64,000 bases of DNA from an uncultured Holophagales bacterium (GCA_963842525.1 CAWJGT010000025.1:320001-384000), one strand, 5' to 3'; shown: positions 32,375 to 42,361, counted from the stretch's first letter. Notes: generated by a model not told the origin, from the sequence alone. Made by a program: numbers and translations.

Positions 32375-32938
32375 ATGCAAGCAGCGGCCAGACCTGTCGA
32401 GACCGTGCAGCAATACCTGACCTTCCACCTCTGCGAGGAGGAGTACGCCGTCGGCATCCTGCAGGTGCGCGAGATCATCGAATACGGCATCGTCACCCGG
32501 GTGCCCACCACGCCGCCCTTCATCCGCGGCGTGATCAACGTGCGCGGCAGCGTCGTGCCGGTGATCGACCTCGCCGTCAAGTTCGGCCTGACGCCCAATC
32601 CGGTGACCCGGCGGTCCTGCATCCTCCTCATCGAGGTGGAGCTCGCGGGCGAGCCGACCGCGATGGGCGTCGTCGCCGACTCGGTCAGCCAGGTGGTCGA
32701 CCTTCTGCCGGGAGACATCGAGCCGGCGCCGGCCTTCGGCACGAGGGTGCACGTCGACTACCTCCTCGGCATGGTCAAGCTGGGGGACAAGTTCGCCCTC
32801 GTCCTGGACATCGACCGTATCCTGTCGACCGACGAGCTGCTCCAGGTCAGCGAGGTCCCGCAGGAGGCGGCGAGCATTCTCGCCTCGGCCACCGAGGCGT
32901 CCGCCACGATGGAGATCGAGGGGGAGAGCGCCTCGTGA
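32375..32938 (+). CDS. cheW: Chemotaxis coupling protein CheW
   Basis: QYLTF, VREII, GVINVRGSVVPVIDL, GVVADSV. Confidence 0.93.
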   Translation: MQAAARPVETVQQYLTFHLCEEEYAVGILQVREIIEYGIVTRVPTTPPFIRGVINVRGSVVPVIDLAVKFGLTPNPVTRRSCILLIEVELAGEPTAMGVVADSVSQVVDLLPGDIEPAPAFGTRVHVDYLLGMVKLGDKFALVLDIDRILSTDELLQVSEVPQEAASILASATEASATMEIEGESAS

Positions 32939-33825
32939 CGACCGCGACGGCGGGCAAGGCGCCGCCGGTCCACCACGCGCCGGACATCCGCGCGCCCACC
33001 GAGCGCGAGTTCCGGCTCTTCCAGGACCTCCTCTCGCGCGAGACCGGGATCTGGCTCAGCGAGCACAAGAGGCCGCTCCTGGTGAGCCGCCTGACCCGGC
33101 GCCTGCGGCAGCTCGGCCTGACCCGCTTCGGCGACTACTACGAGCTGGCCAACGGCGATGCGGCGGAACGGTCGAAGATGATCGAGTGCCTCTGCACGCA
33201 CGAGACGAGCTTCTTCCGCGAGCCCCGCCAGTTCCAGTTCTTCGAGAGCTCGCTGCTGCCGGCCTGGCTCGCCGCCTCCGACGAGGGCTTGCGCCCGCGG
33301 CGGGTGCGGATCTGGAGCGCCGGCTGCTCCACCGGCGAAGAGCCCTTCTCGATCGCCATGCTCCTCGCCGAGTGGCTCCCCGGCTGGGACTGCCGGGTGA
33401 CGGCCACCGACCTGTCGCGCCGGGCGCTCGACAAGGCGCGCTCCGCGACCTGGCCGATCCGGCGGATGGAGGAGATCCCGGTCCCCCTCCTCAAGCGCTA
33501 CATGCTGCGCGGCACCGGCGGCCAGGAGGGCTTCATGCGGGCCGGGGTCGAGCTGCGCGACATGGTCCGCTTCGAGCAGCTCAACCTCGCCGACCCCTAC
33601 TACGGGTTCGAAGAGCCCTTCGACCTCATCTTCTGCCGCAACGTGATGATCTACTTCGATCCCGTCTCCCGCATGCGGGTGGTCGACCGCCTCCTGCGTC
33701 ACCTGATCCCCGGCGGCCATCTCTTCCTCGGGCACGCCGAGAGCCTGCTCGGCCACACCGACCGCATACGCAGCGTGCTGCCGAGCGTCTACTCGCTCCT
33801 CCCGGCCGGCACGAGCGAGGGCTGA
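32935..33825 (+). CDS. cheR: Chemotaxis methyltransferase CheR
   Basis: THETSFFRE, RIWSAGCSTGEE, FDLIFCRNVMIYFD, LFLGHAES. Confidence 0.95.
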   Translation: MTTATAGKAPPVHHAPDIRAPTEREFRLFQDLLSRETGIWLSEHKRPLLVSRLTRRLRQLGLTRFGDYYELANGDAAERSKMIECLCTHETSFFREPRQFQFFESSLLPAWLAASDEGLRPRRVRIWSAGCSTGEEPFSIAMLLAEWLPGWDCRVTATDLSRRALDKARSATWPIRRMEEIPVPLLKRYMLRGTGGQEGFMRAGVELRDMVRFEQLNLADPYYGFEEPFDLIFCRNVMIYFDPVSRMRVVDRLLRHLIPGGHLFLGHAESLLGHTDRIRSVLPSVYSLLPAGTSEG

Positions 33826-33829
33826 GCCC

Positions 33830-34942
33830 ATGGCGCACAAGGACTCGATCCACGTCCTGGTGGTGGACGACTCGGCCGTCGTCCGCCAGCTCCTCTCCGC
33901 CCTCCTCTCCGAGGGGGGCGACATGACGGTGGCCGTGGCCGCCGACCCCTACATCGCGCTGCACAAGATGGGGCAGCAGCGCCCGGACGTCATCGTCCTC
34001 GACCTCGAGATGCCGCGCATGGACGGGATGACCTTCCTGCGCAAGGTGATGCGCGAGGACCCGATCCCGGTGGTGGTCTGCTCGGGCTATGCGGGCAAGG
34101 GGTCCGAAGCCGCCGTGCGCGCGCTGGAGGAGGGGGCGGTCGAGGTACTGGCCAAGCCGAAGGTGGGGCTGCGCGAGTTCCTCTACGAATCGGCCGTGAC
34201 CCTGACCGACGCGGTGCGGGCTGCCTCTCAGGCGAAGGTCCGGCGCAGCCTCCGCCCGGCGCCCAAGCTGTCGGCCGACGCGGTCCTGCCGGCGCGGCCC
34301 CCCCGGTTGCTGGTCGACCCGTCCGGGCTCCGCGTCGTGGCCATGGGAGCCTCCACCGGCGGCACCGAGGCCCTCCACTTCATCCTGTCGCAGATGCCCG
34401 AGACCGCGCCGCCGCTGGTCATCGTCCAGCACATGCCCGAAGGGTTCACCGCCGCCTTCGCCAAGCGTCTGCACGACGTCTGCCGGATCGAGGTCAAGGA
34501 GGCCGCCGACGGCGATGCCGTGGTGCCCGGCCGGGCGCTGATCGCGCCGGGCAACCTCCATACGATGCTGATGCGGCGGGGGAACGGCTATGCGGTCGAG
34601 GTGCGGGACGGGCCGCTGGTGTGCCGGCACCGGCCGAGCGCCGACGTGCTCTTCCGTTCCTTCGCGCAGGCGGCCGGCCCGGCGGCCATTGGGGTGATCC
34701 TCACCGGCATGGGCAACGACGGCTCCGCCGGGCTGCTGGAGATGAAGCAGGCGGGCGCCGCGACCTTCGCCCAGAGCGAGGAGACGTGCGTCGTCTTCGG
34801 GATGCCCAAGGAGGCGATCGCGCTGAAAGCGGTCGACGAGGTGTTGCCGCTGCCGGAGATCCCGCAGGCGCTCCTGCAACGGGCGGCGCTCCCGGTCGTC
34901 CGGCGGCGGACCGGGCAGTGGTCCGCCGAGCCGGCCGAGTAG
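33830..34942 (+). CDS. cheB: Chemotaxis response regulator methylesterase CheB
   Basis: REC domain plus GASTGG, VQHMP, HRPSADVLF, ILTGMGNDG. Confidence 0.95.
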   Translation: MAHKDSIHVLVVDDSAVVRQLLSALLSEGGDMTVAVAADPYIALHKMGQQRPDVIVLDLEMPRMDGMTFLRKVMREDPIPVVVCSGYAGKGSEAAVRALEEGAVEVLAKPKVGLREFLYESAVTLTDAVRAASQAKVRRSLRPAPKLSADAVLPARPPRLLVDPSGLRVVAMGASTGGTEALHFILSQMPETAPPLVIVQHMPEGFTAAFAKRLHDVCRIEVKEAADGDAVVPGRALIAPGNLHTMLMRRGNGYAVEVRDGPLVCRHRPSADVLFRSFAQAAGPAAIGVILTGMGNDGSAGLLEMKQAGAATFAQSEETCVVFGMPKEAIALKAVDEVLPLPEIPQALLQRAALPVVRRRTGQWSAEPAE

Positions 34943-34948
34943 TCGGAG

Positions 34949-36215
34949 TCAGGCCCGCGTCCGCCGCTCGCGCTGGAGCGTGCCCGCGATCTCGCTGGCG
35001 AGCTCCACGGTCAGGCGCTCCTCCTCGCAGGCCTTCCGGAACATGACGAGCGCGGCCAGGGCCTCGCGGTGGACGTCCCGCGATTCGAAGACCGGCATGA
35101 TCTCGGCCGCGAGCCGCTTGAGGTCGCCGGTCCGGTGCTCCTGCGCATAGAGGATGGCCAGGTCGAGCGACACCACGGCGGCGTCGTAGCCCATCCGCCG
35201 CTGCAGGAATTCCTGCTGGACCTGCCGGAACGTCTGCTCAGCCTCGACGAGCTGACCCAAACCGTGAGCGATCTTCGCTTCGGTCCAGTGGAGGCGAACC
35301 AGATCCAGGGGCTTGGCAAGTCGAGAGAAGGACTCTCGCACTGAGGGCAATAAGCTGCTCGCCTCCGCGTGCCGGCCCGCGAGGCTCAAGCAGGTGACCA
35401 GGTTGTGCCGGGCATACAGGTTCAGATGCGGCTCCGCATCCGGGTCGATCTCCTCGATACCCTGGCGGAGCAGCTCGACCGCCGCCGTCACATCTCCGGT
35501 TTCCTCCAGGAGCTTGGCTTTTTTCAGAATGGCCATCCCGAGCCCGTGGGAATCTTCCCCTTCCCGGTAAAGCACCAGGGCACGGTCCGTCAGAGTCAGG
35601 GCCTCCCCAAACCGCCGCTGATCCCTCCGGAGAGAGCCTTCATGTCGAGGATCTCCGCCGCGACCAGCGGGTTGCCGGTCATGCTTTCGCCCAGGTGCTT
35701 CTCCGCCTTGCGGAAAGCGGTCTCTGCGCTCCTGCGCTCCCCAGGATCCGCCGGCCGTTTCCGAGATAGGCGAAGGCGCGCGCATGCAGGTCGGAGATCC
35801 AATGCGGGTCATAGGCGGTCTCGAGATGCTGGGCCGCGTGCAACGCCAGCTCGGCCAGGTTGACAGCCGAGGCCGGATCCTCGAAGGCTGCCTCCAGACT
35901 CTTTTTGAGCAGGTGCTGACAAACGGCCCAGCTCTGGAAGCCCGGATCGTCGGCCACCATCCCGAGCTGCTCGTCGAAGGGGTGACGCAGCAGCTCGGCG
36001 ACGAGCGAGGGAGCCTCCTGTCCCTCGAAGACGGCGACACGCTCGTCCCAATGGCCGACCTCGCGTTTGAGACGCTGGATCTCCTCATAGCGCTCGCTGC
36101 AGGCAGGGCAGCTCGCCAGGAGGTGCGGGATCACCTTGGTGTACAGGTCATCGCTCTCCAGGTCACCGGCCAGCCACTTCGCCATCATTTCGAGCGACAG
36201 ATGAGCGTCTTTCAA
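34949..36215 (-). CDS. Soluble TPR-repeat protein with N-terminal Zn-finger anti-sigma-like motif; two apparent 1-bp deletions (~35635 and ~35740)
   Basis: N-terminus HLS...PHLLASCPAC. Helical repeats AFAYLGNGRRILGE.RSAE..FRKA, SLRRDQRRFGEAL, YARHNL, YDAAVVSLDLA, VHREALAAL. TTG start after RBS aggagg. Confidence 0.75.
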
Positions 36216-36253
36216 GGGTCCCTCCTTAGGAAAAGAAATGCTCCCACTCTATG

Positions 36254-36282
36254 AAGTTGCCGCAGGAGGATAATCCGTGACA
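36254..36282 (-). promoter_or_regulatory. Putative ECF promoter TGTCACG-N16-CAACTT upstream of the TPR gene
   Basis: Same layout as 36709-36737. Confidence 0.5.
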
Positions 36283-36289
36283 CGCCGGG

Positions 36290-36321
36290 AAAAAAAGATG
36301 GGGCCGGTCCTGGCCAGCCCC
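36290..36321 (-). terminator. Rho-independent terminator after the DPHG peptide gene
   Basis: GGGGCTGG-ccagga-CCGGCCCC-atc-T7 on the minus strand. Confidence 0.75.
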
Positions 36322-36342
36322 CGAGCTCGCGGCCAAGCGCTT

Positions 36343-36639
36343 CTAGCCGTGCGGATCGATGGTCGCCCCCACGTCGCCGTCGGAAGTCACTCCGCTCGAG
36401 CCATCACCCTGTCCTGGGTTCCCGTGCGGATCGAGCCCGGCACCGACCATCCCCCAGATGCCGACGATCGCCTCCCAGGCCCGCGTCAGGACACTCATCG
36501 GCCGGCCGTGATCCCGCTGCTCCCACTGCTGGGGCTCGGTGTCCCAGCCGAGCACCCCGGCGAAGGAAGCAACAGGCAGCAGCGCAAGCAGTCCGGCCAG
36601 AACCACGGGGAGTGTACGCCTCCAAATCTTCGAAGACAT
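36343..36639 (-). CDS. 98-aa secreted peptide precursor with two VGAxxDPHG motifs
   Basis: RBS aaagggg. Sec signal ending ...VASFA. Amphipathic LTRAWEAIVGIW, then MVGAGLDPHG and the terminal DVGATIDPHG*. Has its own terminator. Confidence 0.8.
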   Translation of the reverse strand: MSSKIWRRTLPVVLAGLLALLPVASFAGVLGWDTEPQQWEQRDHGRPMSVLTRAWEAIVGIWGMVGAGLDPHGNPGQGDGSSGVTSDGDVGATIDPHG

Positions 36640-36708
36640 GTCTTGACCCCTTTCAGGGCGGGCGAAATGGCGCGGCGCCATGCCGCGGATGCCCATCCCC
36701 GTAAAAGA

Positions 36709-36737
36709 GAGTCAGCAGCCACGTCAACAGCGGGACA
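36709..36737 (-). promoter_or_regulatory. Putative ECF promoter TGTCCCG-N16-TGACTC upstream of the peptide gene
   Basis: Shares TGTCmCG-N18-ACT with 36254-36282. Confidence 0.5.
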
Positions 36738-36791
36738 AAATCCGGGGAAAAATCTGCCAAGCACGAACTTCCGTCGCCGGAAGCCAACCCT

Positions 36792-37490
36792 TCAGCGGCA
36801 GTAGCGGGCCAGGCTGCGGCGGTCGTGGACCCGGATGCGGTGGTCGGGATCGACGGAGATGTAGCCGCGCTGCTTGAGCTCGACGATCACCTGGTTGACC
36901 CGCTCGCGGGAGGCGCCGACGATCTCGCCGAGGTCGCTCTGCGTCAGCCGCAGCGGGATGGTCACCTCGCCGCCGGCCTCCTCGGCTGCCATAGCGGTCG
37001 GCCAGGGCGAGGATCTGGCGGGCCACCCGGCCGGGCACGTCCAGGGTGCACAGCGCCTGGATCTGCTCGTTGGCGAAGCGCAGCCGGTTCGACGAGCAGC
37101 CGGACGAGGTTGTTGGCCAGCGGCGTGAGCGTCCGCAGGCAGGTCTGGAAGGTGGCGCGGTCCATCCAGAGGAGGCGGGAGCGCTCGGTCGTCACCACGT
37201 TGGCGGAACGGCCGGCGCTGTCGATCAGGCTCATCTCCCCTACCGTGTCGCCGCGGCCGAGGAAGGCGAGGATGACCTCGCGGCCGTCCTCCCGGGTGAC
37301 GTAGATCTTCACCGTGCCTTCGAGGATGACGTAGACCACCTCGCCGGGCTGGTCGGCCGTGATGAAGTGGGTCCCGGCCGGGATCACGGAGCTGCGCAGC
37401 AGGCCGTTCGAGTCGCCGAGCTGCTCGGGCGCCAGCCCCTCGAACAGCTCGAGGCTCGCCCAGAAGCTTCGGATCCTCGACGGCTGGCAT
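36792..37490 (-). CDS. Crp/Fnr family transcriptional regulator, multiple frameshifts
   Basis: VYVILEGTVKI, GDTVGEMSLID..RSANV, LDVPGRVARQIL and HTH LTQSDLGEIVGASRERVNQ, spread over several frames. Confidence 0.85.
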   Translation of the reverse strand: MPAVEDPKLLGEPRAVRGAGARAARRLERPAAQLRDPGRDPLHHGRPARRGGLRHPRRHGEDLRHPGGRPRGHPRLPRPRRHGRGDEPDRQRRPFRQRGDDRALPPPLDGPRHLPDLPADAHAAGQQPRPAARRTGCASPTSRSRRCAPWTCPAGWPARSSPWPTAMAAEEAGGEVTIPLRLTQSDLGEIVGASRERVNQVIVELKQRGYISVDPDHRIRVHDRRSLARYCR

Positions 37491-37507
37491 CGGCGGCTCG
37501 GCGGCGG

Positions 37508-38662
37508 CTATCGGCCGAGCAGGGTGGCGAGGACCTCGACGCCACGCTCGACCACGTCCGGCGGTGCGGCGGTGAAGCAGACCCGGACATGGGTGGGATA
37601 GGGGCCGAAGCTCGGCCCAGGAGCCACGAACAGACCGCGGTCGACGCAGTCTTCGAGGAAGCCGCCGAGCCCGCGCTCGTCCAGCCGGTCCGCCACGTCC
37701 AGGAAAAGGAAGGTGCTCCCCTGCGGTGGATCGAGCCCCAGCCGCGCCGCCGCGCGTTCGCCGGACGCGCGGTACTGCTCCCGTGCCCGGGCGATCCACG
37801 CCTCCCCCGGCCCGTCGAGCACCCGCAGGGCGGCGAGCTGCGCGGCCGTGGGCGTGCTGTAGAAGCTGTGCATGCCGATCTTGCGCAGCTCTTTCATGGC
37901 CCCGGCCGGGCCGACGACGTGCCCGCAGCGGTTGCCCGCCATGCCATAGGCCTTGGAGAAGGAATGCGCGGCGAAGGTGCGCTCGGGCGCCAGCGGCCGG
38001 CACTAGGTGTGCTCGCCGTCGTAGACGTAGTCCTCGTAGACCTCGTCGGCCAGGATCCAGAGGTCCTCGTTCGTGCGCCCAGGCGACCAGCGCCTCGACC
38101 CAGGAGCGCGGGATGGTGCGGCCGGTCGGGTTGCTCGGCGTGTTGAGGTAGAGGGCGATCGTGCGCGGGGTGAGCTTCTCCCGCACCACCTCGACGGCGG
38201 TTTCAGGTGAATCGGCGCGCGCCGAAGAAGGGCGACGTCCACCGGCACGCCATGGAAGGAGTGGACGATGCCGGTGATCAGCGGCCAGTGCGGCGCGAGC
38301 AGGAGCACCTCGTCGCCGGGGGTCTACGATCGCGCCGGCCACCGCGGCCAGGCCGCCGGTGGCTCCGGTGGTGACCAGGACGTTCTCCCGCTCGGTCGGC
38401 ACGCCCGTGCGTGCTCGCGTCTGCTCGACGAGGGCGTCGAGCAGCGCCGGCATCCCTGGGGCGGCGCGTAGCGGTGCATGCCGGGGTGCTCCGCGACGCG
38501 CAGGTCCTCCATGCGGCACCCCGCGGCGGGCTCCATCCAGGTGTCGCCGACGTGCAGCGGGTAGACCTCGCCCTGGTGGGTGGCGAGGCGGTGGGCGAGC
38601 GCCGAGTACACGGCGCCCGCAATGTCACCGACGGTCGGGGAGAATCCAGGATAACGAGGCAT
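37508..38662 (-). CDS. PLP-dependent aminotransferase class I/II, multiple frameshifts and an in-frame TAG
   Basis: VLVTTGATGGL, LNTPSNPTG, ILADEVYED, SFSKAYGMAGNRCG and HVRVCF, in different frames. Confidence 0.8.
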
Positions 38663-38697
38663 CGCTACGGCCCTGTCCGGCGAACCGGCTCATCGTA

Positions 38698-39313
38698 TCA
38701 AAACGACAGGATCAGGCCGGCCGAGGCCTCCCCCTGGAGGAGATCCCCCTGGGAGTCGTAGCGGTCGTAGCGGTCGTCGAAGTCGGTGTCGAGGTTGGTC
38801 CAGTAGCCGCGGGCCTCGAGACGGATGCCGACGTTCGGGCTGAAGAAGATCTTCACGCCGCCGCCCAAGGTGCCGGCGAAGTAGTTCTCGGCGTCGAGGC
38901 TCGGGGAAATCCGGCTCGATCCGCGCCAGGCCCCCGGTGATCACGAAGAACGGCTTCACCTGTCCCGCGCCGGTCTGGAAGAGGAAGCCGGCCTGGTAGT
39001 AGGAGAGCGTCACGTCGCCCAGGTCGCTCGACGGGGACAACAGCCCCTCGTCGACGCTGAACGAGGTGTCCTGCCGGCTGGCCATCAGCTCGATCGACCA
39101 GTTGGGCGTGAAGCCGATGTCGAACAGGACTCCAAAGACCTCGCTCTCTTCGACCTGCACGTCCTGGTCGAAGCCGAGGTCGGCCGAGGAATCGATGGTG
39201 CCGTCCAGGCGGTAGCCCGCGAACGGCGTGAGCTCGAACTGGTTCGGCTGGGCGAAGGCCGCGGCGGGAACGAGAAGCAGAACGGAAGCAAGAGCGAGAA
39301 GCGCTCGGCGCAT
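38698..39313 (-). CDS. Outer-membrane beta-barrel protein, frameshift at ~38900
   Basis: Signal peptide, FELTPFAGY, VKPFF..GG. The alternative frame gives GGGVKIFF..VGIRLEARG...AGLILSF* (terminal Phe). Confidence 0.75.
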
Positions 39314-39413
39314 GTCGGTCGTCTCCATGGTCAGGCGGGCCCCGGACCTCCGGGGGCCTCGCTTCCGTTGTATCACGTTTGCTCCCAGGCGCCGGTGATA
39401 GCATCCTCCCGCC

Positions 39414-39740
39414 ATGGAGACGGTCCTTACCGAGGCACGAAGGCTGCCGGACACACGCCGGCTGCGGCTGACCTGGAGCGACGGTCACGTCGCCGAATAT
39501 CCCTACGACTACCTGCGCGGCTGGTGCCCCTGCGCCGGCTGCCAGGGCCATACCGGCATGAAGATCCGCTACCAGCCGCCGGCCAAGCCCGTCATGGTCG
39601 AATCCATCAAGCCGGTTGGCAACTACGCCATCTCTCTCGCCTTCTCGGACGGCCACGGCACCGGCATCTACCGCTACGAATTCCTGCGCGAGATCTGCCC
39701 CTGCGAGAAATGCGGCGGGGTGGAAGACGCGGTCGGCTAA
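39414..39740 (+). CDS. DUF971 / GBBH N-terminal-like Zn-binding protein
   Basis: LTWSDGH, LRGWCPCAGC, PVGNYAI..FSDGHGTGIY. Confidence 0.88.
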   Translation: METVLTEARRLPDTRRLRLTWSDGHVAEYPYDYLRGWCPCAGCQGHTGMKIRYQPPAKPVMVESIKPVGNYAISLAFSDGHGTGIYRYEFLREICPCEKCGGVEDAVG

Positions 39741-40348
39741 CTGCCCAGGTCTTCCGGCCGGTTCACGTTCAGGAACATCTCCTCCGGCCGGCCGAACGCG
39801 GCCAGCTCAGCCCCCTCCAGCCAGCGGATCCCCAGATCATCCTCCGCCAGCTCGTGCAGTGCGAAGAGACCGCGCTCGACGCGGGCGGCGAGGGCGGCGA
39901 GGGCGCGCGGCCGGTAGAGGGCGCAGAGCGGCTCGATCCCGCCCTCCCACCGCGGCAGCACCAGGTCGCCGGCACAGAGGGCGATGTGTGTGAGGAGCGG
40001 GACCGGCACCCGCGGCAGGTCGCAGGCGAGGACCAGCAGCGGACGGTCCGGACAGGCCGCTGCGGCGCCCAGGAGCCCGGCGGCCGGACCGCGGCCGGGG
40101 CCGTCCGGCACGGAGGGGAGGCCGGGCAGGAGATGCCGGCCGGCGTCGGCCAGGATCACCTCCGGGCAGACCGCCGCCAGGCGCCGCGCCGCCCTTCCGG
40201 CCAGGGTCTCGCCTCCGACCATCAGGAGAGCCTTGTCGCGCCCCATGCGACGCGAGGCGCCTCCGGCCAGCACCACCCCGGCGACCCCTGCGCACACTCC
40301 CGTCGTGTTAGCATCCCGGCCGGACAACGCCAAAGGAGACCGCTCCAT
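39737..40348 (-). CDS. mobA: Molybdenum cofactor guanylyltransferase
   Basis: VVLAGGASRRMGRDKA, GPAAGL, LACDLP, EPLCALY, FLNVNRPED. The true start is probably ~50 bp downstream of the track start. Confidence 0.88.
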   Translation of the reverse strand: MERSPLALSGRDANTTGVCAGVAGVVLAGGASRRMGRDKALLMVGGETLAGRAARRLAAVCPEVILADAGRHLLPGLPSVPDGPGRGPAAGLLGAAAACPDRPLLVLACDLPRVPVPLLTHIALCAGDLVLPRWEGGIEPLCALYRPRALAALAARVERGLFALHELAEDDLGIRWLEGAELAAFGRPEEMFLNVNRPEDLGS

Positions 40349-40943
40349 GAATGCAACCTTCCTTCTCTTCTTCTTCCTCGTCTTCGGGATCGTCGGCTCG
40401 ACCGCGGCTCAGCAGGGCGGCGGCGGCGTGGGAAACCCGCGCGTGGCCTTCGACACCACGAAGGGGAAGATCGTCATCGAGCTGTTCGAGGACAAGGCGC
40501 CCAAGACGGTCGCCAACTTCCTGCAGTACGTCAAGTCCAAGCACTTCGACGGCACCATCTTCCACCGCGTCATCCCCGGCTTCGTGATCCAGGGGGGCGG
40601 CTTCACGGCGGACATGACCCAGAAGCCCACCAAGCCCCCCGTCCAGAACGAGGCGGACAACGGCCTCAAGAACGGGCGCGGCACCCTCTCCATGGCCCGC
40701 ACCAGCGACCCGAACAGCGCCAGCTCCCAGTTCTTCATCAACCTGAGCGACAACGCCTCCCTCGACCACAAGGGCAAATCCCCGCAGGGCTGGGGCTATG
40801 CGGTGTTCGGCAAGGTGGTCGAGGGCATGGACGTGGTGGACCAGGTCGCCCAGGTGCGCACCGGCAGCAAGAGTGGTCACAGCGACGTGCCGGTCGAGCC
40901 GATCGTCGTCCGCAAGGCCGAAGTCCTCGGCAACGGGAAGTAG
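40347..40943 (+). CDS. Exported cyclophilin-type peptidyl-prolyl isomerase
   Basis: APKTVANFL, GTIFHRVIPGFVIQGGG, SMARTSDPNSASSQFFIN, GYAVFGKV. RBS aaggag. Confidence 0.93.
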   Translation: MNATFLLFFFLVFGIVGSTAAQQGGGGVGNPRVAFDTTKGKIVIELFEDKAPKTVANFLQYVKSKHFDGTIFHRVIPGFVIQGGGFTADMTQKPTKPPVQNEADNGLKNGRGTLSMARTSDPNSASSQFFINLSDNASLDHKGKSPQGWGYAVFGKVVEGMDVVDQVAQVRTGSKSGHSDVPVEPIVVRKAEVLGNGK

Positions 40944-40946
40944 CTC

Positions 40947-41633
40947 CTACTTCTTCGTGCTCTTACGGACCTGCACCAGGCAGTTCCAGAGGATCTCGAG
41001 CTGCTCCTTGCCATGGGGCAGCTCGTGGTCCCGCCAGACGTCGCGGGTGGCGGTGAGGAGCGCGTACCAGTCGACCGGGTGCCCCTTCTCGTAGATGCGT
41101 CGCATGGCCGCGAACAGGTCGGGGACCGTCCAGCGGGCCGGCTGCCGGCCGCCGAGCTCACGCCAGCCGTAGCGAAGCTGTGCCAGGCGATGGCGCGACA
41201 GCTCCTGGTTCTTGGTGCGCACCCGCAGCCGGCCCACCTCGGGAAGCCGCTCGAACGCCAGGTCGTCCGGCGGGGTATGGTCCGTCAGCACCTGCCAGTG
41301 CTGGGGGATCAGCTCCTCCTTGCGCACCTGGAGGATCAGCGTATCGAACTTCCCTACGGTGAGCCCCTCGAACAGCGCGCCGAGCAGCGGCACGTCGGCG
41401 CCATGGATCCAGGCCGCGATGTCCTCCGGGGCCGGCAGGGGCCGTGCCGGGGCCGCGGCCTCCTTGGCGGCCTTGGCGGCGGCGGCCTTGGCCAGGATCT
41501 CGGCTTTGTCGGGCTTCGCGGCGGCGGCCGGGACAGGGGCGGGCCGCGGATCTGCTTCGGTCAGGGTCGTCGAGGCCGCCTCTGGCGAGGTCGGCGCCTC
41601 CGGCTTGAACGTCACGTCGGTCGGTTCACTCAT
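40947..41633 (-). CDS. Hypothetical protein with Ala/Pro-rich N-terminus
   Basis: RBS ggag before MSEPTD. Typical codon usage. Confidence 0.7.
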   Translation of the reverse strand: MSEPTDVTFKPEAPTSPEAASTTLTEADPRPAPVPAAAAKPDKAEILAKAAAAKAAKEAAAPARPLPAPEDIAAWIHGADVPLLGALFEGLTVGKFDTLILQVRKEELIPQHWQVLTDHTPPDDLAFERLPEVGRLRVRTKNQELSRHRLAQLRYGWRELGGRQPARWTVPDLFAAMRRIYEKGHPVDWYALLTATRDVWRDHELPHGKEQLEILWNCLVQVRKSTKK

Positions 41634-41752
41634 GGTCTCCTCCGGGGACGCCCTAGCATAGCGCACACCTCCCCTGTCTGGCCGTCCGGCCGACTCACGG
41701 TTCCCCCGCGCCAACGACGGATTTCAGGAGTCTCGTTGCTTGGAGTGTACGT

Positions 41753-41962
41753 TCAGCCCCGCATGACGTTTCGAGCCTGCAGTCCCTTGGGCCCCTGCAC
41801 CACCTCGAATTGGACCTTCTCCCCCTGGTTCAGGGTCCGGAACCCCTCGGCGACGATCGCGGTGTGGTGGACGAAGATGTCCTCGCCGCCTGTCTCGTCC
41901 TGGATGAAGCCGTATCCCTTGGCGTTGTTGAACCACTTCACCGTTCCCTGTTGTTGGGACAT
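41753..41962 (-). CDS. Cold-shock protein (CspA family)
   Basis: [34 protein letters not shown]. Confidence 0.95.
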   Translation of the reverse strand: MSQQQGTVKWFNNAKGYGFIQDETGGEDIFVHHTAIVAEGFRTLNQGEKVQFEVVQGPKGLQARNVMRG

Positions 41963-42161
41963 GATGCTGCTACTCCTTTCTCAGAAAAAACGCGAGCTTC
42001 GCCACCCCGAAGCCCGTGATGGAGCCAGGAAAGACAAGCTGAGGTGTTCTGTTTCGGTACGGCACGACATGTCCACAGACCGACCCAGGGAACTGCTACG
42101 CTAGAGTTTGGAAAATACTGGCACCGGCGGAGGGAAAAATCAAGCCTTGCCGCAAACGCGA

Positions 42162-42361
42162 CCTCACCCCCTGTCCCCCTCTCCCATCGCCCCCCGCCGA
42201 CCGGGAGAGGGGGGACGTAGCTGAAGCGTGGAGGCGAGGTCGGCTCTCTCGAAAGGAGAGTCTCTGAAAAGAAACTGCTAGCTATCCCCTCAGAGCACCA
42301 ACCACGTTCCCCCTCTCCCGGGGGAAGGGGGGGCGATGGGAGAGGGGGACAGGGGGTGAGG
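42162..42361. repeat. REP doublet, CCCCTCTCCC family, downstream of the tRNA
   Basis: cctcaccccctgtccccctctcccatcgcccccc ... ggggggcgatgggagagggggacagggggtgagg inverted arms with a ~90-bp spacer. Confidence 0.88.
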
